From: Auanema rhodensis
Taxonomy: Eukaryota > Animalia > Nematoda
Assembly (NCBI GenBank): GCA_964057225.1
Contig: OZ059897.1
Coordinates: forward strand, 17,236,001-17,300,000
Direction of reading: 5' to 3'
Length of the DNA: 64,000 bases
Each line of letters opens with the position of its first letter. Positions within the stretch are counted from its first letter, which is position 1. Positions 28,305 through 43,600 of the stretch are shown here, piece after piece. The position numbers and the translations under genes are program-made. Under the pieces are notes generated by a model. It had not been told where the DNA came from and searched no databases. It was given only the letters and a program-made list of their open reading frames with translations.

Positions 28305-31300
28305 GTTACCATGCACCAATATCAATGAAAATTTGTTTTTAGACTAATATGGACATGGGGAATCTAATTTTAAAAACCGCATCTCTTTATCTTTCACGGG
28401 AAGCGAGTTATATACCAAGGGCACATCACGTGTACATTTAATTAGCATAAATTAAAGTTCACGTAAATTTCAAAGTCATGGTTACCATGCACCAATATCA
28501 ATAAAAATTTGTTTTCAGACTAATATGGACATGGGGAATCTAATTTTGAAAACCGCATCTCTTCATCTTTCACGGGAAGCGAGTTACATACCAAGTACAC
28601 ATCGCGTGTACATTTAATTAGCATAAATTGAAGTTCACGTGAATTTCAAAGTCATGGTTACCATGCACCAATATGAATAAAAATTTGTTTTTAGACTAAT
28701 GTGGACATGGGAAATCTAATTTTGAAAACCGCATCTCTTTATCTTTCACGGGAAGCGAGATACATACCGAGTGCACATCGCGTGTACATTTAATTAGCAT
28801 AAATTAAAGTTCACGTAAATTTCAAAGTCATGGTTGCCATGCACCAATATCAATAAAAATTTGGTTTTAGACTAATATGGATATGGGGAATCTAATTGTG
28901 AAAACCGCATCTCTTTATCTTTCACGGGAAGCGAGTTTCATACCAAGTGCACATCACGTGTACATTTAATTAGCATAAATTAAAGTTCACGTAAATTTCA
29001 AAATCATGGTTACCATGCACCAATATGAATAAAAATTTGTTTTTAGACTAATGTGGACTTGGGGAATCTAATTTTGAAAACCGCATCTCTTTATCTTTCA
29101 CGGGAAGCGAGTTTCATACCAAGTGCACATCACGTGTACATTTAATTAGCATAAATTGAAGTTCACGTAAATTTAAAATCATGGTTACCATGCACCAATA
29201 TCAATAAAAATTTGTTTTTAGACTAATATGGACATGGGGAATCTAATTTTGAAAACCGCATCTCTTTATCTTTCACGGGAAGCGAGTTACATACCGAGTG
29301 CACATCACGTGTACATTTAATTAGCATAAATTAAAGTTCACGTAAATTTCAAAGTCATGGTTACCATGCATCAATATCAATAAAAATTTGTATTCAGACT
29401 AATATGGACATGGGGAATCTAATTTTAAAAACCGCATCTCTTTATCTTTCACGGGAAGCGAGTTTCATACCAAGTGCACATCACGTGTACATTTAATTAG
29501 CATAAATTAAAGTTCACGTAAATTTCAAAATCATGGTTACCATGCACCAATATCAATAAAAATTTGTTTTCAGAATAATATGGACATGGGGAATCTAATT
29601 TTGAAAACCGCATCTCTTCATCTTTCACGGGAAGCGAGTTACATACCAAGTACACATCACGTGTACATTTAATTAGCATAAATTAAAGTTCACGTAAATT
29701 TCAAAGTCATGGTTACCATGCACCAATATCAATAAAAAATTGTTTTTAGACTAAGATGGACATGGGGAATCTAATTTTGAAAACCGCATCTTTTCATCTT
29801 TCACGGGAAGCGAGTTACATACCGAGTGCACATCGCGTGTACATTTAATTAGCATAAATTAAAGTTCACGTAAATTTCAAAGTCATGGTTACCATGCATC
29901 AATATCAATAAAATATTGTTTTTAGACTAATATGGACTCGGGGATTCTAATTTTGAAAACCGCATCTCTTTATCTTTCACGGGAAGCGAGTTTCATACCA
30001 AGTGCACATCACGTGTACATTTAATTAGCATAAATTAAAGTTCACGTAAATTTCAAAGTCATGGTTACCATGCACCAATATCAATGAAAATTTCTTTTTA
30101 GACTAATATGGACTTGGGGAATCTAATTTTGAAAACCGCATCTCTTTATCTTTCACGGGAAGCGAGTTTCATACCAAGTGCACATCACGTGTACATTTAA
30201 TTAGCATAAATTGAAGTTCACGTAAATTTAAAATCATGGTTACCATGCACCAATATCAATAAAAATTTGTTTTTAGACTAATATAGACATGGGGAATCTA
30301 ATTTTGAAAACCGCATCTCTTTATCTTTCACGGGAAGCGAGTTACATACCGAGTGCACATCACGTGTACATTTAATTAGCATAAATTAAAGTTCACGTAA
30401 ATTTCAAAGTCATGGTTACCATGCACCAATATCAATGAAAATTTGTTTTTAGACTAATATGGACATGGGGAATCTAATTTTAAAAACCGCATCTCTTTAT
30501 CTTTCACGGGAAGCGAGTTATATACCAAGGGCACATCACGTGTACATTTAATTAGCATAAATTAAAGTTCACGTAAATTTCAAAGTCATGGTTACCATGC
30601 ACCAATATCAATAAAAATTTGTTTTCAGACTAATATGGACATGGGGAATCTAATTTTGAAAACCGCATCTCTTCATCTTTCACGGGAAGCGAGTTACATA
30701 CCAAGTACACATCGCGTGTACATTTAATTAGCATAAATTGAAGTTCACGTGAATTTCAAAGTCATGGTTACCATGCACCAATATGAATAAAAATTTGTTT
30801 TTAGACTAATGTGGACATGGGAAATCTAATTTTGAAAACCGCATCTCTTTATCTTTCACGGGAAGCGAGATACATACCGAGTGCACATCGCGTGTACATT
30901 TAATTAGCATAAATTAAAGTTCACGTAAATTTCAAAGTCATGGTTGCCATGCACCAATATCAATAAAAATTTGGTTTTAGACTAATATGGATATGGGGAA
31001 TCTAATTGTGAAAACCGCATCTCTTTATCTTTCACGGGAAGCGAGTTTCATACCAAGTGCACATCACGTGTACATTTAATTAGCATAAATTAAAGTTCAC
31101 GTAAATTTCAAAATCATGGTTACCATGCACCAATATCAATAAAAATTTGTTTTCAGACTAATATGGACATGGGGAATCTAATTTTGAAAACCGCATCTCT
31201 TCATCTTTCACGGGAAGCGAGTTACATACCAAGTACACATCGCGTGTACATTTTATTAGCATAAATTGAAGTTCACGTGAATTTCAAAGTCATGGTTACC

Positions 31301-34300
31301 ATGCACCAATATGAATAAGAATTTGTTTTTAGACTAATGTGGACATGGGGAATCTAATTTTGAAAACCGCATCTCTTTATCTTTCACGGGACGCGAGTTT
31401 CATACCAAGTGCACATCACGTGTACATTTAATTAGCATAAATTAAAGTTCACGTAAATTTCAAAGTCATGGTTACCATGCACCAATATTAATAAAATATT
31501 GTTTTTAGACTAATATGGACTTGGGGAATCTAATTTTGAAAACCGCATCTCTTTATCTTTCACGGGAAGCGAGTTTCATACCAAGTGCACATCACGTGTA
31601 CATTTAATTAGCATAAATTAAAGTTCACGTAAATTTCGAAGTCATGGTTACCATGCACTAATATCAATGAAAATTTGGTTTTAGACTAATATGGACATGG
31701 GGAATCTAATTTTGAAAACCGCATCTTTTCATCTTTCACGGGAAGCGAGTTACATACCGAGTGCACATCGCGTGTACATTTAATTAGCATAAATTAAAGT
31801 TCACGTAAATTTCAAAGTCATGGTTACCATGCATCAATATCAATAAAATATTGTTTTTAGACTAATATGGACTCGGGGATTCTAATTTTGAAAACCGCAT
31901 CTCTTTATCTTTCACGGGAAGCGAGTTTCATACCAAGTGCACATCACGTGTACATTTAATTAGCATAAATTAAAGTTCACGTAAATTTCAAAGTCATGGT
32001 TACCATGCACCAATATCAATGAAAATTTCTTTTTAGACTAATATGGACTTGGGGAATCTAATTTTGAAAACCGCATCTCTTTATCTTTCACGGGAAGCGA
32101 GTTTCATACCAAGTGCACATCACGTGTACATTTAATTAGCATAAATTGAAGTTCACGTAAATTTAAAATCATGGTTACCATGCACCAATATCAATAAAAA
32201 TTTGTTTTTAGACTAATATGGACATGGGGAATCTAATTTTGAAAACCGCATCTCTTTATCTTTCACGGGAAGCAAGTTACATACCGAGTGCACATCACGT
32301 GTACATTTAAATAGCATAAATTAAAGTTCACGTAAATTTCAAAGTCATGGTTACCATGCACCAATATCAATGAAAATTTGTTTTTAGACTAATATGGACA
32401 TGGGGAATCTAATTTTAAAAACCGCATCTCTTTATCTTTCACGGGAAGCTAGTTTCATACAAGTGCACATCACGTGTACATTTAATTAGAATAAATTGAA
32501 GTTCACGTAAATTTCAAAGTCATGGTTACCATGCACCAATATCAATAAAAAATTGTTTTTAGACTAAGATGGACATAGGGAATCTAATTTTGAAAACCGC
32601 ATCTCTTTATCTTTCACGGGAAGCGAGTTACATACCAAGGGCACATCACGTGTACATTTAATTAGCATAAATTGAAGTTCACGTAAATTTCAAAGTCATG
32701 GTTACCATGCATCAATATCAATAAAATATTGTTTTTAGACTAATATGGACATGGGGAATCTAATTTTGAAAACCGCATCTCTTTATCTTTCATGGGAAGC
32801 GAGTTACATACCGAGTGCTCATCACGTGTACATTTAATTAGCATAAATTAAAGTTCACGTAAATTTCAAAGTCATGGTTACCATGCATCAATATCAATAA
32901 AAATTTGGTTTTAGACTAATATGGATATGGGGAATCTAATTGTGAAAACCGCATCTCTTTATCTTTCACGGGAAGCGAGTTTCATACCAAGTGCACATCA
33001 CGTGTACATTTAATTAGCATAAATTAAAGTTCACGTAAATTTCAAAATCATGGTTACCATGCACCAATATCAATAAAAATTTGTTTTCAGACTAATATGG
33101 ACATGGGGAATCTAATTTTGAAAACCGCATCTCTTCATCTTTCACGGGAAGCGAGTTACATACCAAGTACACATCGCGTGTACATTTTATTAGCATAAAT
33201 TGAAGTTCACGTAAATTTCAAAGTCATGGTTACCATGCATCAATATCAATAAAATATTGTTTTTAGACTAATATGGACTTGGGGAATCTAATTTTGAGAA
33301 CCGCATCTCTTTATCTTTCACGGGGAGCGAGTATCATACCAAGTGCACATCACGTGTACATTTAATTAGCATAAATTAAAGTTCACGTAAATTTCAAAAT
33401 CATGGTTACCATGCACCAATATCAATAAAAATTTGTTTTTAGACTAATATGGATATGGGGAATCTAATTTTGAAAACCGCATCTCTTCATCTTTCACGGG
33501 AAGCGAGTTACATACCAAGTACACATCACGTGTAAATTTAATTAGCATAAATTAAAGTTCACGTAAATTTCAAAGTCATGGTTACCATGCATCAATATCA
33601 ATAAAAATTTGTATTCAGACTAATATGGACATGGGGAATCTAATTTTAAAAACCGCATCTCTTTATCTTTCACGGGAAGCGAGTTTCATACCAAGTGCAC
33701 ATCACGTGTACATTTAATTAGCATAAATTAAAGTTCACGTAAATTTCAAAATCATGGTTACCATGCACCAATATCAATAAAAATTTGTTTTCAGAATAAT
33801 ATGGACATGGGGAATCTAATTTTGAAAACCGCATCTCTTCATCTTTCACGGGAAGCGAGTTACATACCAAGTACACATCACGTGTACATTTAATTAGCAT
33901 AAATTAAAGTTCACGTAAATTTCAAAGTCATGGTTACCATGCACCAATATCAATAAAAAATTGTTTTTAGACTAAGATGGACATGGGGAATCTAATTTTG
34001 AAAACCGCATCTTTTCATCTTTCACGGGAAGCGAGTTACATACCGAGTGCACATCGCGTGTACATTTAATTAGCATAAATTAAAGTTCACGTAAATTTCA
34101 AAGTCATGGTTACCATGCATCAATATCAATAAAATATTGTTTTTAGACTAATATGGACTCGGGGATTCTAATTTTGAAAACCGCATCTCTTTATCTTTCA
34201 CGGGAAGCGAGTTTCATACCAAGTGCACATCACGTGTACATTTAATTAGCATAAATTAAAGTTCACGTAAATTTCAAAGTCATGGTTACCATGCACCAAT

Positions 34301-37300
34301 ATCAATGAAAATTTCTTTTTAGACTAATATGGACTTGGGGAATCTAATTTTGAAAACCGCATCTCTTTATCTTTCACGGGAAGCGAGTTTCATACCAAGT
34401 GCACATCACGTGTACATTTAATTAGCATAAATTGAAGTTCACGTAAATTTAAAATCATGGTTACCATGCACCAATATCAATAAAAATTTGTTTTTAGACT
34501 AATATGGACATGGGGAATCTAATTTTGAAAACCGCATCTCTTTATCTTTCGCGGGAAGCGAGTTACATACCGAGTGCACATCACGTGTACATTTAATTAG
34601 CATAAATTAAAGTTCACGTAAATTTCAAAGTCATGGTTACCATGCATCAATATCAATAAAAATTTGTATTCAGACTAATATGGACATGGGGAATCTAATT
34701 TTAAAAACCGCATCTCTTTATCTTTCACGGGAAGCGAGTTTCATACCAAGTGCACATCACGTGTACATTTAATTAGCATAAATTAAAGTTCACGTAAATT
34801 TCAAAATCATGGTTACCATGCACCAATATCAATAAAAATTTGTTTTCAGAATAATATGGACATGGGGAATCTAATTTTGAAAACCGCATCTCTTCATCTT
34901 TCACGGGAAGCGAGTTACATACCAAGTACACATCACGTGTACATTTAATTAGCATAAATTAAAGTTCACGTAAATTTCAAAGTCATGGTTACCATGCACC
35001 AATATCAATAAAAAATTGTTTTTAGACTAAGATGGACATGGGTAATCTAATTTTGAAAACCGCATCTTTTCATCTTTCACGGGAAGCGAGTTACATACCG
35101 AGTGCACATCGCGTGTACATTTAATTAGCATAAATTAAAGTTCACGTAAATTTCAAAGTCATGGTTACCATGCATCAATATCAATAAAATATTGTTTTTA
35201 GACTAATATGGACTCGGGGATTCTAATTTTGAAAACCGCATCTCTTTATCTTTCACGGGAAGCGAGTTTCATACCAAGTGCACATCACGTGTACATTTAA
35301 TTAGCATAAATTAAAGTTCACGTAAATTTCAAAGTCATGGTTACCATGCACCAATATCAATGAAAATTTCTTTTTAGACTAATATGGACTTGGGGAATCT
35401 AATTTTGAAAACCGCATCTCTTTATCTTTCACGGGAAGCGAGTTTCATACCAAGTGCACATCACGTGTACATTTAATTAGCATAAATTGAAGTTCACGTA
35501 AATTTAAAATCATGGTTACCATGCACCAATATCAATAAAAATTTGTTTTTAGACTAATATAGACATGGGGAATCTAATTTTGAAAACCGCATCTCTTTAT
35601 CTTTCACGGGAAGCGAGTTACATACCGAGTGCACATCACGTGTACATTTAATTAGCATAAATTAAAGTTCACGTAAATTTCAAAGTCATGGTTACCATGC
35701 ACCAATATCAATGAAAATTTGTTTTTAGACTAATATGGACATGGGGAATCTAATTTTAAAAACCGCATCTCTTTATCTTTCACGGGAAGCGAGTTATATA
35801 CCAAGGGCACATCACGTGTACATTTAATTAGCATAAATTAAAGTTCACGTAAATTTCAAAGTCATGGTTACCATGCACCAATATCAATGAAAATTTGTTT
35901 TTAGACTAATATAGACATGGGGAATCTAATTTTGAAAACCGCATCTCTTTATCTTTCACGGGAAGCGAGTTACATACCGAGTGCACATCACGTGTACATT
36001 TAATTAGCATAAATTAAAGTTCACGTAAATTTCAAAGTCATGGTTACCATGCACCAATATCAATGAAAATTTGTTTTTAGACTAATATAGACATGGGGAA
36101 TCTAATTTTGAAAACCGCATCTCTTTATCTTTCACGGGAAGCGAGTTATATACCAAGGGCACATCACGTGTACATTTAATTAGCATAAATTGAAGTTCAC
36201 GTAAATTTCAAAGTCATGGTTGCCATGCACCAATATCAATAAAAATTTGGTTTTAGACCAATATGGATATGGGGAATCTAATTCTGAAAACCGCATCTCT
36301 TTATCTTTCACGGGAAGCGAGTTTCATACCAAGTGCACATCACGTGTACATTTAATTAGCATAAATTAAAGTTCACGTAAATTTCAAAGTCATGGTTACC
36401 ATGCACCAATATCAATAAAATATTGTTTTTAGACTAATATGGACTTGGGGAATCTAATTTTGAAAACCGCATCTCTTTATCTTTCACGGGAAGCGAGTTT
36501 CATACCAAGTGCACATCACGTGTACATTTAATTAGCATAAATTAAAGTTCACGTAAATTTCGAAGTCATGGTTACCATGCACTAATATCAATGAAAATTT
36601 GGTTTTAGACTAATATGGATATGGGGAATCTAATTTTGAAAACCGCATCTCTTTATCTTTCACGTGAAGCGAGTTACATACCAAGTGCACATCACGTGTA
36701 CATTTAATTAGCATAAATTATAGTTCACGTAAATTTCGAAGTCATGGTTACCATGCACTAATATCAATGAAAATTTGTATTCAGACTAATATGGACATGG
36801 GGAATCTAATTTTAAAAACCGCATCTCTTTATCTTTCACGGGAAGCGAGTTTCATACCAAGTGCACATCACGTGTACATTTAATTAGCATAAATTAAAGT
36901 TCACGTAAATTTCAAAATCATGGTTACCATGCACCAATATCAATAAAAATTTGTTTTCAGAATAATATGGACATGGGGAATCTAATTTTGAAAACCGCAT
37001 CTCTTCATCTTTCACGGGAAGCGAGTTACATACCAAGTACACATCACGTGTACATTTAATTAGCATAAATTAAAGTTCACGTAAATTTCAAAGTCATGGT
37101 TACCATGCACCAATATCAATAAAAAATTGTTTTTAGACTAAGATGGACATGGGGAATCTAATTTTGAAAACCGCAACTCTTTATCTTTCACGGGAAGCGA
37201 GTTACATACCAAGGGCACATCACGTGTACATTTAATTAGCATAAATTGAAGTTCACGTAAATTTCAAAGTCATGGTTACCATGCACCAATATCAATAAAA

Positions 37301-37699
37301 ATTTGTTTTTAGACTAATATAGACATGGGGAATCTAATTTTGAAAATCGCATCTCTTTATCTTTCACGGGAAGCGAGTTTCATACAAGTGCACATCACGT
37401 GTACATTTAATTAGCATAAATTGAAGTTCACGTGAATTTCAAAGTCATGGTTACCATGCACCAATATGAATAAGAATTTGTTTTAAGACTAATGTGGACA
37501 TGGGGAATCTAATTTTGAAAACCGCATCTCTTTATCTTTCACGGGAAGCGAGATACATACCGAGTGCACATCGCGTGTACATTTAATTAGCATAAATTAA
37601 AGTTCACGTAAATTTCAAAGTCATGGTTGCCATGCACCAATATCAATAAAAATTTGGTTTTAGACTAATATGGATATGGGGAATCTAATTCTGAAAACC

Positions 37700-40600
37700 G
37701 CATCTCTTTATCTTTCACGGGAAGCGAGTTTCATACCAAGTGCACATCACGTGTACATTCAATTAGCATAAATTAAAGTTCACGTAAATTTCAAAATCAT
37801 GGTTACCATGCACCAATATCAATAAAAATTTGTTTTCAGAATAATATGGACATGGGGAATCTAATTTTGAAAACCGCATCTCTTCATCTTTCACGGGAAG
37901 CGAGTTACATACCAAGTACACATCACGTGTACATTTAATTAGCATAAATTAAAGTTCACGTAAATTTTAAAGTCATGGTTACCATGCACCCATATCAATA
38001 AAAAATTGTTTTTAGACTAAGATGGACATGGGGAATCTAATTTTGAAAACCGCATCTCTTTATCTTTCACGGGAAGCGAGTTACATACCAAGGGCACATC
38101 ACGTGTACATTTAATTAGCATAAATTGAAGTTCACGTAAATTTCAAAGTCATGGTTACCATGCACCAATATCAATAAAAATTTGTTTTTAGACTAATATA
38201 GACATGGGGAATCTAATTTTGAAAATCGCATCTCTTTATCTTTCACGGGAAGCGAGTTTCATACAAGTGCACATCACGTGTACATTTAATTAGCATAAAT
38301 TGAAGTTCACGTGAATTTCAAAGTCATGGTTACCATGCACCAATATGAATAAGAATTTGTTTTTAGACTAATGTGGACATGGGGAATCTAATTTTGAAAA
38401 CCGCATCTCTTTATCTTTCACGGGAAGCGAGATACATACCGAGTGCACATCGCGTGTACATTTAATTAGCATAAATTAAAGTTCACGTAAATTTCAAAGT
38501 CATGGTTGCCATGCACCAATATCAGTAAAAATTTGGTTTTAGACTAATATGGATATGGGGAATCTAATTTTGAAAACCGCATCTCTTTATCTTTCACGGG
38601 AAGCGAGTTTCATACCAAGTGCACATCACGTGTACATTTAATTAGCATAAATTAAAGTTCACGTAAATTTCAAAGTCATGGTTACCATGCACCAATATCA
38701 ATAAAATATTGTTTTTAGACTAATATGGACTTGGGGAATCTAATTTTGAAAACCGCATCTCTTTATCTTTCACGGGAAGCGAGTTTCATACCAAGTGCAC
38801 ATCACGTGTACATTTAATTAGCATAAATTGAAGTTCACGTGAATTTCAAAGTCATGGTTACCATGCACCAATATGAATAAGAATTTGTTTTTAGACTAAT
38901 GTGGACATGGGGAATCTAATTTTGAAAACCGCATCTCTTTATCTTTCACGGGAAGCGAGATACATACCGAGTGCACATTGCGTGTACATTTAATTAGCAT
39001 AAATTAAAGTTCACGTAAATTTCAAAGTCATGGTTACCATGCACCAATATCAATAAAAATTTGTTTTTAGACTAATATGGATATGGGGAATCTAATTTGG
39101 AAAACCGCATCTCTTCATCTTTCACGGGAAGCGAGTTACATACCAAGTACACATCACGTGTACATTTAATTAGCATAAATTAAAGTTCACGTAAATTTCA
39201 AAATCATGGTTACCATGCACCAATATCAATAAAAATTTGTTTTTAGACTAATATGGATATGGGGAATCTAATTTTGAAAACCGCATCTCTTCATCTTTCA
39301 CGGGAAGCGAGTTACATACCAAGTACACATCACGTGTAAATTTAATTAGCATAAATTAAAGTTCACGTAAATTTCAAAGTCATGGTTACCATGCATCAAT
39401 ATCAATAAAAATTTGTATTCAGACTAATATGGACATGGGGAATCTAATTTTAAAAACCGCATCTCTTTATCTTTCACGGGAAGCGAGTTTCATACCAAGT
39501 GCACATCACGTGTACATTTAATTAGCATAAATTAAAGTTCACGTAAATTTCAAAATCATGGTTACCATGCACCAATATCAATAAAAATTTGTTTTCAGAA
39601 TAATATGGACATGGGGAATCTAATTTTGAAAACCGCATCTCTTTATCTTTTACGTGAAGCGAGTTACATACCAAGTGCACATCACGTGTACATTTAATTA
39701 GCATAAATTAAAGTTCACGTAAATTTAAAATCATGGTTACCATGCACCAATATCAATAAAAAATTGTTTTTAGACTAAGATGGACATGGGGAATCTAATT
39801 TTGAAAACCGCATCTTTTCATCTTTCACGGGAAGCGAGTTACATACCGAGTGCACATCGCGTGTACATTTAATTAGCATAAATTAAAGTTCACGTAAATT
39901 TCAAAGTCATGGTTACCATGCATCAATATCAATAAAATATTGTTTTTAGACTAATATGGACTCGGGGATTCTAATTTTGAAAACCGCATCTCTTTATCTT
40001 TCACGGGAAGCGAGTTTCATACCAAGTGCACATCACGTGTACATTTAATTAGCATAAATTAAAGTTCACGTAAATTTCAAAGTCATGGTTACCATGCACC
40101 AATATCAATGAAAATTTCTTTTTAGACTAATATGGACATGGGGAATCTAATTTTGAAAACCGCATCTCTTTATCTTTCACGGGAAGCGAGTTACATACCA
40201 AGGGCACATCACGTGTACATTTAATTAGCATAAATTGAAGTTCACGTAAATTTCAAAGTCATGGTTACCATGCACCAATATCAATAAAAATTTGTTTTTA
40301 GACTAATATAGACATGGGGAATCTAATTTTGAAAATCGCATCTCTTTATCTTTCACGGGAAGCGAGTTTCATACAAGTGCACATCACGTGTACATTTAAT
40401 TAGCATAAATTGAAGTTCACGTGAATTTCAAAGTCATGGTTACCATGCACCAATATGAATAAGAATTTGTTTTTAGACTAATGTGGACATGGGGAATCTA
40501 ATTTTGAAAACCGCATCTCTTTATCTTTCACGGGAAGCGAGATACATACCGAGTGCACATCGCGTGTACATTTAATTAGCATAAATTAAAGTTCACGTAA

Positions 40601-43600
40601 ATTTCAAAGTCATGGTTGCCATGCACCAATATCAATAAAAATTTGGTTTTAGACTAATATGGATATGGGGAATCTAATTCTGAAAACCGCATCTCTTTAT
40701 CTTTCACGGGAAGCGAGTTTCATACCAAGTGCACATCACGTGTACATTTAATTAGCATAAATTAAAGTTCACGTAAATTTTAAAGTCATGGTTACCATGC
40801 ACCAATATCAATAAAAAATTGTTTTTAGACTAAGATGGACATGGGGAATCTAATTTTGAAAACCGCATCTCTTTATCTTTCACGGGAAGCGAGTTACATA
40901 CCAAGGGCACATCACGTGTACATTTAATTAGCATAAATTGAAGTTCACGTAAATTTCAAAGTCATGGTTACCATGCACCAATATCAATAAAAATTTGTTT
41001 TTAGACTAATATAGACATGGGGAATCTAATTTCGAAAATCGCATCTCTTTATCTTTCACGGGAAGCGAGTTTCATACAAGTGCACATCACGTGTACATTT
41101 AATTAGCATAAATTGAAGTTCACGTGAATTTCAAAGTCATGGTTACCATGCACCAATATGAATAAGAATTTGTTTTTAGACTAATGTGGACATGGGGAAT
41201 CTAATTTTGAAAACCGCATCTCTTTATCTTTCACGGGAAGCGAGATACATACCGAGTGCACATCGCGTGTACATTTAATTAGCATAAATTAAAGTTCACG
41301 TAAATTTCAAAGTCATGGTTGCCATGCACCAATATCAATAAAAATTTGGTTTTAGACTAATATGGATATGGGGAATCTAATTCTGAAAACCGCATCTCTT
41401 TATCTTTCACGGGAAGCGAGTTTCATACCAAGTGCACATCACGTGTACATTTAATTAGCATAAATTAAAGTTCACGTAAATTTCAAAATCATGGTTACCA
41501 TGCACCAATATCAATAAAAATTTGTTTTCAGAATAATATGGACATGGGGAATCTAATTTTAAAAACCGCATCTCTTCATCTTTCACGGGAAGCGAGTTAC
41601 ATATTAAGTACACATCACGTGTACATTTAATTAGCATAAATTAAAGTTCACGTAAATTTTAAAGTCATGGTTACCATGCACCCATATCAATAAAAAATTG
41701 TTTTTAGACTAAGATGGACATGGGGAATCTAATTCTGAAAACCGCATCTCTTTATCTTTCACGGGAAGCGAGTTTCATACCAAGTGCACATCACGTGTAC
41801 ATTCAATTAGCATAAATTAAAGTTCACGTAAATTTCAAAATCATGGTTACCATGCACCAATATCAATAAAAATTTGTTTTCAGAATAATATGGACATGGG
41901 GAATCTAATTTTAAAAACCGCATCTCTTCATCTTTCACGGGAAGCGAGTTACATATTAAGTACACATCACGTGTACATTTAATTAGCATAAATTAAAGTT
42001 CACGTAAATTTTAAAGTCATGGTTACCATGCACCCATATCAATAAAAAATTGTTTTTAGACTAATATGGATATGGGGAATCTAATTCTGAAAACCGCATC
42101 TCTTTATCTTTCACGGGAAGCGAGTTTCATACCAAGTGCACATCACGTGTACATTCAATTAGCATAAATTAAAGTTCACGTAAATTTCAAAATCATGGTT
42201 ACCATGCACCAATATCAATAAAAATTTGTTTTCAGAATAATATGGACATGGGGAATCTAATTTTGAAAACCGCATCTCTTCATCTTTCACGGGAAGCGAG
42301 TTACATACCAAGTACACATCACGTGTACATTTAATTAGCATAAATTAAAGTTCACGTAAATTTTAAAGTCATGGTTACCATGCACCCATATCAATAAAAA
42401 ATTGTTTTTAGACTAAGATGGACATGGGGAATCTAATTTTAAAAACCGCATCTCTTTATCTTTCACGGGAAGCGAGTTTCATACCAAGTGCACATCACGT
42501 GTACATTCAATTAGCATAAATTAAAGTTCACGTAAATTTCAAAATCATGGTTACCATGCACCAATATCAATAAAAATTTGTTTTCAGAATAATATGGACA
42601 TGGGGAATCTAATTTTGAAAACCGCATCTCTTCATCTTTCACGGGAAGCGAGTTACATACCAAGTACACATCACGTGTACATTTAATTAGCATAAATTAA
42701 AGTTCACGTAAATTTTAAAGTCATGGTTACCATGCACCCATATCAATAAAAAATTGTTTTTAGACTAATATGGATATGGGGAATCTAATTCTGAAAACCG
42801 CATCTCTTTATCTTTCACGGGAAGCGAGTTTCATACCAAGTGCACATCACGTGTACATTCAATTAGCATAAATTAAAGTTCACGTAAATTTCAAAATCAT
42901 GGTTACCATGCACCAATATCAATAAAAATTTGTTTTCAGAATAATATGGACATGGGGAATCTAATTTTGAAAACCGCATCTCTTCATCTTTCACGGGAAG
43001 CGAGTTACATACCAAGTACACATCACGTGTACATTTAATTAGCATAAATTAAAGTTCACGTAAATTTTAAAGTCATGGTTACCATGCACCCATATCAATA
43101 AAAAATTGTTTTTAGACTAAGATGGACATGGGGAATCTAATTTTAAAAACCGCATCTCTTCATCTTTCACGGGAAGCGAGTTACATATTAAGTACACATC
43201 ACGTGTACATTTAATTAGCATAAATTAAAGTTCACGTAAATTTTAAAGTCATGGTTACCATGCACCCATATCAATAAAAAATTGTTTTTAGACTAAGATG
43301 GACATGGGGAATCTAATTCTGAAAACCGCATCTCTTTATCTTTCACGGGAAGCGAGTTTCATACCAAGTGCACATCACGTGTACATTCAATTAGCATAAA
43401 TTAAAGTTCACGTAAATTTCAAAATCATGGTTACCATGCACCAATATCAATAAAAATTTGTTTTCAGAATAATATGGACATGGGGAATCTAATTTTAAAA
43501 ACCGCATCTCTTCATCTTTCACGGGAAGCGAGTTACATATTAAGTACACATCACGTGTACATTTAATTAGCATAAATTAAAGTTCACGTAAATTTTAAAG

